Source: a virus
Direction: 5' to 3' (one strand)
Virus record (IMG/VR): IMGVR_UViG_3300017754_002544
Location: 32,001-96,000 of that record
Length of the DNA: 64,000 nucleotides
Part shown: positions 51,821-61,731 of the stretch, piece by piece
Layout of the letters: each line of letters opens with the position of its first letter
How positions within the stretch are numbered: position 1 is the first letter of the stretch
Made by a program: the position numbers and the translations under genes
Notes under the pieces: generated by a model
The model's input: only the letters and a program-made list of their open reading frames with translations
What the model was told of the DNA's origin: nothing
The model's database searches: none

Positions 51821-52204
51821 CTATTCTGATTTAAAAAGTTTTCTACCAATTGTAACTAATGAATCGTATTCTATTTTATCAACATTATTATTGTCAGTAT
51901 CCATCCAATTAGGAGATACTTTTGGATTATATGTTAGCCTATTTTTATCTAAGTTATGACTACCACCACCAATGCATATGTCTACTTTTTGAGACATTAT
52001 CCAAGCACATACAGTTTTTGTACCCCCATCATATATCTTTTTAGCTGAACCTTTTTGATTATATAGTTTACAATTAGTTAATTTTAATTCATAATCTTCA
52101 GGATCAAAAAACTTAACATCTTTTGTTTCAGTATTTTCAACCCTCCATTTCATAAAGTTTTCTCCTCTTCCTAAATGAAATCTAGTTTTGAATATCCTTT
52201 TCAT
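51821..52204 (-). CDS. Hypothetical protein ending in FKSE
   Basis: RFHLGRGENFMKW; unrelated to the AVEWL family but with the same terminus. Confidence 0.65.
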   Translation of the reverse strand: MKRIFKTRFHLGRGENFMKWRVENTETKDVKFFDPEDYELKLTNCKLYNQKGSAKKIYDGGTKTVCAWIMSQKVDICIGGGSHNLDKNRLTYNPKVSPNWMDTDNNNVDKIEYDSLVTIGRKLFKSE

Positions 52205-52482
52205 ATAACATGATACCTTTCACCATTAACAGAAAACTTAGTTACCTCTAATAGATTAATCATTCTATGCTCATTTTTATCCATATCAAATACAGTCAGT
52301 AATCCTTTACCTAAAGGTCTATAAGACATACCATTTCCATTAACTCCTTTCTTTACGTTTCTACGAGCAGTCATCCTTCTGAATGTACCATCTTTCTTTT
52401 TAAACTCTACAAAGAAAATTTTACCATTACCTACTGAATCAATTAATTTAAATCCAGCTAAATCTTTACTGATTGTTTTCAT
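52201..52482 (-). CDS. SH3-fold (WYL_2-like) protein
   Basis: F.VEFKKKDGT.R.M.AR...VFDM....R. Confidence 0.55.
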   Translation of the reverse strand: MKTISKDLAGFKLIDSVGNGKIFFVEFKKKDGTFRRMTARRNVKKGVNGNGMSYRPLGKGLLTVFDMDKNEHRMINLLEVTKFSVNGERYHVI

Positions 52483-52708
52483 AATTAAACGATTTTGATG
52501 ATAGTGCTAAACGCAACATATCTGTTAAACAATTCCATATACAATTAATATTGAATGATGACCGTGTGAACAAACACCATCAGGCTCTACCTCACATCCT
52601 TCACTACAACAAGCAGGAACAATAGAATCAAAGCAATAAGATTCAATCATATCAACTACTGAATCGTATCCATACTCTTCAGCAACTTCTTCTAAACTAA
52701 TTTTCATT

Positions 52709-52936
52709 CTACTTCTTTTTAAATTGTTCAAACCATTTATTCCAATCTTTATCAAAATCTCCAATATTAGTTGCTGAAAATGGTGTGTAGTTTACTTTAA
52801 ACGCTTTTTTTAAATCTTCCTCACTATACATTCTTTCAGCTTGCCATTTAGCACCTGCCATAAAACTTTCTCTTCTAGTTCCAATAACAGGTTGTGTTAC
52901 CCAATTATTAGCAGCTTTTTCTAATTCTTTATCCAT
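52709..52936 (-). CDS. MDKE...AGAKW mini-protein paralog
   Basis: MDKELEKAA...FMAGAKWQAERMYSEEDL. Confidence 0.65.
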   Translation of the reverse strand: MDKELEKAANNWVTQPVIGTRRESFMAGAKWQAERMYSEEDLKKAFKVNYTPFSATNIGDFDKDWNKWFEQFKKK

Positions 52937-52937
52937 A

Positions 52938-53633
52938 TCAATGTTCTAAAATATATATACTCTTATTACCCTTACCATCAGCACCACTACACAAACCACA
53001 TTTGTCGCATGAAGCCTTTCTACCGCCTTCCTCAGATGCAGGACAATTAACATAGTTACTAACATGGTCACCAATCGTAATGAACGACCTCCAACCTTTA
53101 TCTCTAGCTATTTGTTCTATCTTTGGAGAATGTACTGAAGCCATAAACATACCTTTGAACTGAGGATGTTTCAACCATTGATGCGTATATCCGGTCCATG
53201 ACTTTGCTACATTTGTTACATCAGTAGTTAGGTTGATACCATGGAGAACTGGCTCCCCATATGTACCAAACCTAACATACTTATTAACACACATATTCAC
53301 AACCTTGTTATGAATTTCTTCTGAGTAATTAGGAATTACATCATATTCTTTTGCAATAGACCTCAGCATAGATAAGAAACCTCTAGCTTGAGTAAACTTA
53401 TGCGTATAACATTTACCATATGAACGCATAGGACAATCAATACAATTACTATTGGCAAGATCAAAGAATTCTTTAAGACTTCCACCACCATTACTTACAT
53501 ACTCGTATTGTTGCATAGAGAACGCATACGTTTGTACTATGTTTTCTTTTGGGTCACTACATATCTTTTTATTGGTTGTTGTACCCAATCTAAATATGTG
53601 AATGTTATCTTCTATTTTAAATACTAATCTCAT
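52938..53633 (-). CDS. Cys-rich putative Fe-S / radical-SAM-like phage protein
   Basis: CIDCP...KCY, VRFGTYGEP, TGYTHQW, CPAS...CDKCGLC. Confidence 0.5.
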   Translation of the reverse strand: MRLVFKIEDNIHIFRLGTTTNKKICSDPKENIVQTYAFSMQQYEYVSNGGGSLKEFFDLANSNCIDCPMRSYGKCYTHKFTQARGFLSMLRSIAKEYDVIPNYSEEIHNKVVNMCVNKYVRFGTYGEPVLHGINLTTDVTNVAKSWTGYTHQWLKHPQFKGMFMASVHSPKIEQIARDKGWRSFITIGDHVSNYVNCPASEEGGRKASCDKCGLCSGADGKGNKSIYILEH

Positions 53634-55537
53634 AACCTTTTATTGATTACACCAAAAATCTTCTTTAACAAAAAATGTATCTTGATAATGTGCTTGTATT
53701 AAGTCCATAGGTATTTCCTCTTCTGAATTAATTTCTTTACCCATAACTTCATCTAACGAACCATCATCTAATAATTGATGATAATACCTACTTCTAAGTT
53801 CTTCTAATTCGTTTTGGTTCAATTCGCCTACGCTCTTATACATAACTATTTATTTTAATTCACAATTACTTTTTAATGGGAGAAATTTGATGACCTTTCG
53901 CCCAATGACCATTGTCAAGGTCTACAACAATTCTATCTTTTTTTGACCAATCAACTTGTGTAACTGACATACCATACTTTTCACCAGGCTTACATAACTC
54001 AATGCCCTCAACAACAACTTCTTTTGGTGACTCGCTACCAAAACTACCTCGCCACATTACTTTATCTCCAACATTTAATACTTTTTCCAATTCTTTTACC
54101 ATAATACTTTCAATTAGACAATACAAAAATAATAATTAAATTCAATATTACAAAATTTTTGCAAAATAAATTATTAATATTCGGCTTCAAAGCTACAATA
54201 ACCCTGGTCCTCAATACAATCACGTATCTTTCTACCTAATAATAGGTCAGCATACTCAGATAAATCATCTTCAGTTACATTAGCTTTAGCTAACATTTCA
54301 GATGTATATCCACCATTATTTTGTATTAATGATTCAATAACTCCTAACTTATCTCCTAAAGATTCTTCAATGTTTTTTATTTCTTCACATACAGAATCTA
54401 AGTTATCTTCTTCAAAGTAATAATTTAGTATTGGTGGTTGTTCTCCTGTAACTCCGAATCTATCTGCAGCATCGCTTGATTGAAGACCAAACCAAAATTT
54501 ACCCTCTATATCTCCATTATAATAACGTCCCATAATTTCTATTTTTTAAACAGCTATAACCCAATCAGTAACTCCCCAATTAACACTTGAAGAAACTGAA
54601 TAACCTTTTTCTCTCAACCTTTGTGCAACAGTAGGCATATACATATACTCCTCTACCGACCATCCGAATGATGGTGCTTGAGAACAAGTCTCAAAGCGTG
54701 TTGTAAGATTGTTAGTCAATCTACTTTCAATTCTTTCAGTTAATGACTGAATGAACTCTTCTTTTTTCTCTTGTGGTGTCATATTACTCTTCTGTTAAAT
54801 TGTTTTCATCTTCTTCTTCTTCTTCTTCTTCTAATTCTTCGCAAACATATTTGGATAATTCACTCGATACATGGTCAAATATATCGTCAACATTTATACG
54901 AACTTCTTCTATTTCAATTGTGTTACCATATCTAATTGAGAATTCACACCTATCTTTATCAACTAAATTGTCGGAGTTATAGTCTAAATACTCTTCAACT
55001 TTTTTAAGCAATTGATCAGCCATGTACTATGTAATTCCAAATTTTACTTCTGACTCTAATTGGTGAACCATTTCAATCATCGTATCAATTGAAACTACTG
55101 AAGTTAATTGTTTAGCTTCTTCTAACTTTTGAATTAAATCTTTCTTTTTCATAACTTTTATTTTACTTCTTTCAACTTATTTAAACATTCAATACAACCT
55201 ACTTCTTCAATACCCTCATAACGAGCATGATTTGAACTTAATGCTGGTGTACCACATAGGTTACCAACACCCAACTTGTATGCATGGGCAGTATTAGTCC
55301 ATACATTACCCTTGTTTCCGAATATCATATATTCGTTACCCAATTCTTTAATGTTTACTCTATCCATATCATTTTAATTATAATATTCAACTTCAAAACT
55401 TAATTTTTTACACCTTGATTCAATAGATTTTTTACTACAATTCTTAATACCTAACCATTCGGCAAGTTGTTTTTGATTGTCAAACCATCTACTATTACTA
55501 TAACTTGTTTTTAATCTTATCATAGTTATACTTTTAA

Positions 55538-55723
55538 TTACTCTTCTTCTTCTTCGTCATCCCAATCTTCAACCTCAATATACCCTTTACCCTCACATTC
55601 TTCGCATGATACTACTGAATAGCATCCACCACAACACATTGATGCAGGCATACTACATTCTGGTCCATATTCATATGAACCCTCACCATCGCATTCTTCA
55701 CAAACTACCTCTATATACTTCAT
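55538..55723 (-). CDS. DnaJ-type zinc-finger mini-protein
   Basis: CEECDGEG...CEECEGKG. Confidence 0.6.
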   Translation of the reverse strand: MKYIEVVCEECDGEGSYEYGPECSMPASMCCGGCYSVVSCEECEGKGYIEVEDWDDEEEEE

Positions 55724-55932
55724 AACTTTCTTAAATTATATGGTTCAGCATCTAAATAATAATCAAATGTATACCCTATTTTTTCTAAATCATCTACTAA
55801 TCGAGCCAATTCAGAATAGGTATCTTCACAATCTTCGTCAAAAGAATCAAGGATTTTTTTAACTTCTTGTGGAATTAATTCCGGATAGAGAAATAAATCT
55901 TTCATGGGACAATGATGACAGTGCTAACGACA

Positions 55933-56499
55933 CTATAATTGTGCGGTAACTGAACTCCTATCTTCACAACAAAGATAATTTAAGATGCCATTGTCCTTAA
56001 TATCGTAGCCATAAAAACCCGAACAACTATCTTCTACATTGCCATCGCAATCCTCAATAGTAAAGGAGTAAACTTCACCACTAATATATTTGTCATAGGT
56101 ATCAACCTCACCCAACAATACTTCATGTGCCTTATCTTTATATTCTTTAGTAACACGTTTAATTTTATACTCGTCTCTTATTGTTTGTTTAGTAACAATA
56201 ACAAACCCAACTTGTCCACTATCCCATCTACAACCAAATGGTTTTGTACTAATAGTAACACCACTATGGTCATAAAGGTATAAAGGTTCTATAATTGCAA
56301 CATCTTCATTTTTAATTATAGCATCTCGCATCTCGTCCCAACCATCATAATCCTGGTGGGAATACGTGTGCTTATCTCCTAAATTGTATCGTTTATGAAA
56401 GCATATAAACTTTGTCATATTATCCCAACTTCTTGGATCATCAGCCCAACCATCTTGTTCAATTCTTAATACTCTATTTCCTTCTAACTTAAATTCCAT
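55933..56499 (-). CDS. Conserved phage early hypothetical protein
   Basis: PLYLYDHSG.TIST..F.C.WDSGQVG...DSCSGFYG. Confidence 0.6.
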   Translation of the reverse strand: MEFKLEGNRVLRIEQDGWADDPRSWDNMTKFICFHKRYNLGDKHTYSHQDYDGWDEMRDAIIKNEDVAIIEPLYLYDHSGVTISTKPFGCRWDSGQVGFVIVTKQTIRDEYKIKRVTKEYKDKAHEVLLGEVDTYDKYISGEVYSFTIEDCDGNVEDSCSGFYGYDIKDNGILNYLCCEDRSSVTAQL

Positions 56500-58160
56500 A
56501 ATAATTATATTTTAAACGATTCGATAAGCGAAAAATACGTATCATAGAGGTCATTGAATATATCTTGTGCCTCATCTGTGTAGTGGGTAATACCTGCAGT
56601 ATCATCCTCAAAAATCTTAATAGACTCAGACCAATTTTGTACTAAGTCTTTGTGGGCTAATTCAGAAGCCAATTCTAAAATATTAATCGTTACATTTTCC
56701 ATATACTAAATATAAATAAATTCTTTCAAAAAGTATTTATAAAGTTGACTAATTTTTTTAAACCTATTGGTATACTGTGAACATTGCGTACTATATCCAT
56801 CATCGAATTTAGATACGTTGCCATCATTAATCCATTCAATAAATTGTTCTTTATACATAGCTTAGTTTTTGCCGCATAGAAACATTGATTCTAATGGTCT
56901 CCATCAAATAGAAAGTCATCATATCTAAACTCTCCACTCTCTATCCAATTATATACTTCTTCTAAGTGTACATATTCATATACACAACCATCATCTTTTA
57001 ATGTATAGTATCCATCATCTGACTTACTAACAATCCCAACAAGGGAATATACATAGAATAGTAGTATCTTCATGACTTAATTCTTTTTTCAATTGTATCA
57101 ACCAACAAGGCTAAATTAATAACCAATACATAAGAAGCAAACATACCATCAACATAGAATGGCATAGTAAGTATAGCATATAAAGATATACCAATACACC
57201 CAATAGAAAGGGTTAAGATACCCAAAAGTCTTGTTTTCATTTTTTTGTAATTAAATTGTATTAATACTCTACCCTATTTTGAGGGGTCATTTTTAGCCTA
57301 TTAAATCCAGGGGTTGGGGGTCTACCACCCCCTATTATTGGTGTGACTTTCCCCAAAAAAGTTTTAAACTTGTAATAAAATTGCTGCATTCTTGGAATCC
57401 TAACGACAATTTATAGGCATATTGAACAGTATTAAATGCCCTTTCCATGGGAGACCCAATATATCTATAAATTATACCCTCGCATTCTTGGAATCCTAAT
57501 TCCACAATTCAGCCCTCTTTAATTCGCAATAATTAAATTGCATTCTTAAATTCATTACGTTTTGATACAAAGCCCTCAACGCATTTTCGAATTCTTCAAG
57601 GTCTTCATCGTCCCCCATTGTTTGGAAATGTTGTATACCTAATTGCAATTGCTCCTCAGCTTCGGGCAATAATACTTTTGTATCTTGATAATATTCTTCA
57701 AGCTTTACGATTTGAGATACTATGTCCATGATTTTTTTATTTAATAAGTCCACAAGAATTTAATATAGATACTACTATTGCCATTGATACAATAAACAAT
57801 ACCCAATACGTTCGTTCTTTATAAGTTTTCATATGCTTCACTGTATGTACTAAAAAATTCTTCGTCCTCGTCTTCGTGGTTGTAAACAATATAGTCTACA
57901 CTTTGCCCGAAACAACTTGCAATTGATATCCCATTCTCTAAGGCAATGTATACGTACCCACTATTCGTATTGAATCCGCATTCCATTATCTCTTCACCCC
58001 ATGCATTGTCTCTATAAGCTTGTTGTACTAATATCCAACTTTCAAAATCGGATGAACCCAATTTGTCTAAGAAATTTACTTCCATTTTGTGTGTGTTTTT
58101 AGATACGTACCCCCAGGATTAGGGGCACGTTCTCTATGGTTATTTGGATCAATTGTTTTT

Positions 58161-58562
58161 TTATTTAGCTAATTGGATTCCATATGCGTCCAATATTTCT
58201 TCAAGAGTCCCCTCTAAAACATTGCGACCTGTTAATATATCCTCGATTAATTCGCCAATGAAACCGTGAAATTTCTCGAAAGATTTTTCATTGTTTTGAA
58301 TAGTAATACCAAATTGTACTAATCCATTTGCGATACACTCCGTGCCTGACGTACCTTGTCCGTCAATTTCTATTCGCACGTCAAATTTACGAGCAAACGA
58401 AAACCCCCCTAAATTCATATTGTACTTTTTCTTGCGATACATTAGGGAAAGTATACGCCCACTTAGTGTGCCTGAAATCTCTGTAAAATTTCGGGTTGAT
58501 AATTCAGTATTGAATACTAAATTTGCGTCACCTTGAATAAGGCTAATTGATACATTTTTCAT
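58161..58562 (-). CDS. Hypothetical protein
   Basis: 133 aa ORF followed by a hairpin at about 58106-58130. Confidence 0.55.
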   Translation of the reverse strand: MKNVSISLIQGDANLVFNTELSTRNFTEISGTLSGRILSLMYRKKKYNMNLGGFSFARKFDVRIEIDGQGTSGTECIANGLVQFGITIQNNEKSFEKFHGFIGELIEDILTGRNVLEGTLEEILDAYGIQLAK

Positions 58563-59011
58563 GACTATAAAATTTGTGTGTTAATGTTTGAGCGTAGCTT
58601 GTACCTAAACCTATTCGACCCGAATAGACCTACTATGTTTGTTCACAACAAGACACAGTATGCACATTAACTTCTTTTGTCTACAATCCTTTTTTATCGT
58701 CCAGGCTCTGACGCACCTCTCCCACTAACCTAACCGGAGGCTTCAATACTTGTTGCAATATGTTTGCAAGTTTACTTTCTTAAGGCACGTTTTTCAGCAC
58801 GTGAATTTCTTTGCTCAATTCGTTTCTTATCTTTGTTTGCAAGGTACAAAAATTGTCCTTCGATATTTTCCCTAATTTGTTGCACCTTTACAATTCTTTT
58901 ACCTTTGTGCAATTTACCGACCTTGTTAACCTTAGCCCTCCCGATTAGGCATTCCTTGTTAGGGAGGAAAATTGTCATTTTTTCCATTACTATTATTTTT
59001 ATTTCTATATT

Positions 59012-59223
59012 CAAAGGTAAGAAAAGTTTTTCAATTTTGCAAGTTTTTTGTAAACTTTTTTTAATTATTTTCTTTTCCTTTATCCCCTTGTTTCTATAAA
59101 GTAAAGGTAAGAAAAGTTTTTCAATTTTGCAAGTTTTTTGTAAACTTTTTTTTAATTATTTCAACTTTCTTTTGTTGTCCTTTGACTACATTACAAATAT
59201 AAACATATTAATTAATATAGCAA
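59012..59223 (-). promoter_or_regulatory. Three tandem Bacteroidota-type promoters about 90 bp apart
   Basis: TTG-20 nt-TACCTTTG (59012), its duplicate with TACCTTTA (59102; 59013-59062 = 59103-59152), and TTG-19 nt-TATATTTG (59194). Confidence 0.75.
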
Positions 59224-59825
59224 AACTTTTGCAAGAAAATTTAATTGAAGTTATTAACAATTAATTGTTGAAAAAAAGATCCATAAAAATTTGTTTAATT
59301 CAATTTTTTTATATATAAAAATCCGGAAAGCCTGGCCAATTTATATATAAAAATATTTCTAATTTCCAAACAATTAACAAAGAAAATTTATTAACAATTA
59401 TATATTGAAAAAAAGTTTAAAAAAAGATCCCCAAAAATTTGGATAAGTCAAAAACTTTTATAGGTTAAACTGTCAAGACTCAAGCCCCCCACAAAACAAG
59501 AAACGAGAAAAGCAAGAAAAAATAAAAATAGTTTTGAACAAAATTTTTTTGAAAACTTTTGCCTTAAAAACTTGCATAAGTCCTGGATTTTTTTATGGGG
59601 GGTGCACCAAAATTTTCCCCATAGGAGGGGAGGAGGTGGGGTAGGTGGTTATTCACGTAATGCCGATCCCCCATTCTAGATTTTTAATTACGGTTTTTAA
59701 ACTATTTGGTTTTTGAATTTCAAATTTTGAATTTAGATTTCGGTGGTCAGACCCCCCTTTTATGTTTTTGATATCATAATTTCTATTATATTTGTAATTG
59801 ATTTTTAATTGTTTATTTTTGTAGT

Positions 59826-60020
59826 ATGAAAACCAAAGATGATATAGTTGAAATGCTTAGGGGCTTACGTAAGTCTAGGGCAGATATACAAAAATCCCTC
59901 AGATGGGTATTGGATAAGGAGACAATGGGTTATAAGATGTTAGAGGTATCCAAGTTAGATATTAAGATTGATTTATTATTAGAGATTCTGGATTATGAAG
60001 AAATTGATATTAGCTATTAG
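59826..60020 (+). CDS. Hypothetical protein
   Basis: 64 aa; TATATTTG at 59787-59794 upstream. Confidence 0.55.
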   Translation: MKTKDDIVEMLRGLRKSRADIQKSLRWVLDKETMGYKMLEVSKLDIKIDLLLEILDYEEIDISY

Positions 60021-61065
60021 TTATGTATTTGGTCTAGATGCAAGTGCACAGACTGTTGTTATGTATGATTATATGGAAACATGGAATTGGACTGGGCTAT
60101 GGAACATTGGAATTAATGCAAATTGGTATACAAACGCATCGGTAAGTCCTACTGAGAGTGCTGTTTTATTTGGAGTTGGTAATGGTTCTTCTGCTATTGA
60201 AGCAGATTGGTATGTATTACCTAATGTTACTGGGTTAAATTCTTCTAGTCAGTATCAATTAAAGTTTAGATTGGCATCATATACCTTCTCTGCTCCAACT
60301 GCTGCGACAAGAGGACTTGATGCTGCTGATTATGTATCTGTTCAGGTATCGACTAATGGTGGGCCCTATGTAAATGAGTTGAGAATTGTTGGTAGTAGTA
60401 ATGCGACTTGGCCATATACTGCTAGTGGATCAGTTACCCACATAGCTAATGGGTCATTTACCAATTCAGCTGCACCTGTTGGTGATGTATATACGAGTAC
60501 TACTGCTAATGGAATATCTACAGTTACTTTAAACTTGTTACCCAACACGACTCAGGTTGCGATTGATATCTATTGTAGAGCTAACTCAGCTGGTGAAGAG
60601 TGGTGGATAGATAACATAGAATTAATTGAGATTCCTGATATAGACTTGCCTGTAGAATTTGTAAGCTTCGAGGGGTTGCATAAGGGGGGTGTCAATTTCT
60701 TGGAATGGAGGACGGGGAGTGAACATAATAGTGCATACTTTTCTTTGGAGAGATCGGTGGATGGAATTGATTGGGAGGAGATTGCAGTAGTTGGGTCTGT
60801 TGGGAATAGTGATGGGGTGAATGACTATTGGTTTGAGGATGATGATTTTGAGGATGTGATAAACTATTATAGGTTGGTTCAGGTTGATATTGATGGAACT
60901 GAGAATTCGTTTGGTGGTATTATTTCTATAGATAATGAACAGGATGTATATGTTGTTAGGAGAGTTAATCTTTTGGGTCAGGAAGTATCTGATTTTTCTA
61001 GCGGACTTTTTATCGAGATTTTAAGTGATGGCTCTATTAAAAAAATAATGTATGAAATTAAATAA
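59995..61065 (+). CDS. Secreted protein resembling Bacteroidota T9SS cargo
   Basis: Signal peptide ...ASA|Q; LPVEFVSF...LEW.T.SE.N..YF.LERS.DG...YYRL.QVD.DG domain; CTD-like NLLGQEV...G.FI....DG..KK. Confidence 0.7.
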   Translation: MKKLILAISYVFGLDASAQTVVMYDYMETWNWTGLWNIGINANWYTNASVSPTESAVLFGVGNGSSAIEADWYVLPNVTGLNSSSQYQLKFRLASYTFSAPTAATRGLDAADYVSVQVSTNGGPYVNELRIVGSSNATWPYTASGSVTHIANGSFTNSAAPVGDVYTSTTANGISTVTLNLLPNTTQVAIDIYCRANSAGEEWWIDNIELIEIPDIDLPVEFVSFEGLHKGGVNFLEWRTGSEHNSAYFSLERSVDGIDWEEIAVVGSVGNSDGVNDYWFEDDDFEDVINYYRLVQVDIDGTENSFGGIISIDNEQDVYVVRRVNLLGQEVSDFSSGLFIEILSDGSIKKIMYEIK

Positions 61066-61196
61066 AATTCGAATAATTGATTTATCTTTGCATAGATGCA
61101 GAGTATCTTGTGGATCTAGATGTACCAGGTATGCTACACTTAGAGAATCAATAAGATACAGGTACAAATATAATTTGCCTATTACCAAAGGAATCA

Positions 61197-61340
61197 ATGA
61201 AGAAGTGGATTGAGTTTTATACAGTATCTTGTCAGGTGTATGCGATACCTACAATGAAAGTTACACATAGTAGAGATTTATTCGGAAGATATTCCCTAGA
61301 TTTTATTTGGCTGAAGTGGGGAATCAGCCTAATGTTTTAA
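61197..61340 (+). CDS. Small hypothetical protein (47 aa)
   Basis: Read manually: MKKWIEFY...WLKWGISLMF. Confidence 0.4.
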   Translation: MKKWIEFYTVSCQVYAIPTMKVTHSRDLFGRYSLDFIWLKWGISLMF

Positions 61341-61355
61341 ACCAATATAAGTAAA

Positions 61356-61730
61356 ATGAAAAACCTAATCATTGCGTTGGCATTAGTGCTGACCACATTC
61401 TTGTCTTACTCTCAGAAGACAATGACAACAGAGGCAGTCCAATTAGCAGATTGGAATGCATTTCAACAAGAGTTTATTTGGGGAGAACCCTATTCTCAAA
61501 GCATTAGTTTCTTACTTCAGGGTAATGTCATACTCGTTAGAGACCAACAGAATAGTACCTATACAACAATAGGTGATGCTTATGTTGATGATACTGAAAC
61601 AGCCTATTGGGATGCACTAGATGAAGGTGGTAGAAGTTGTCTTGTTGTAATGTACCATATAGAGAGCATCCTCATTATGGAAGTTATTTATGATGATGTT
61701 GCATTTAGATATTTTTTTGAAGAAGAGTAA
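61356..61730 (+). CDS. Exported hypothetical protein
   Basis: Signal peptide ...LSYS|Q. Confidence 0.6.
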   Translation: MKNLIIALALVLTTFLSYSQKTMTTEAVQLADWNAFQQEFIWGEPYSQSISFLLQGNVILVRDQQNSTYTTIGDAYVDDTETAYWDALDEGGRSCLVVMYHIESILIMEVIYDDVAFRYFFEEE

Positions 61731-61731
61731 A

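Larger units (their letters stand above)
38933..59014 (-). other. Dense array of roughly 60 small co-oriented (probably early) genes
   Basis: Nearly contiguous minus-strand ORFs, mostly 20-300 aa, downstream of tandem promoters at about 59.0-59.2 kb. Confidence 0.8.

Noticed and set aside
39295-51835. Junction repeats as a CRISPR array
   Set aside because: Spacing is irregular (about 75-320 bp), the intervening DNA is protein-coding, and there are no cas genes.
57316-59757. Imperfect inverted repeat gggggtctaccacc / ggtggtcagaccccc about 2.4 kb apart
   Set aside because: Only about 14 bp with an indel and no invertase nearby; could be chance.
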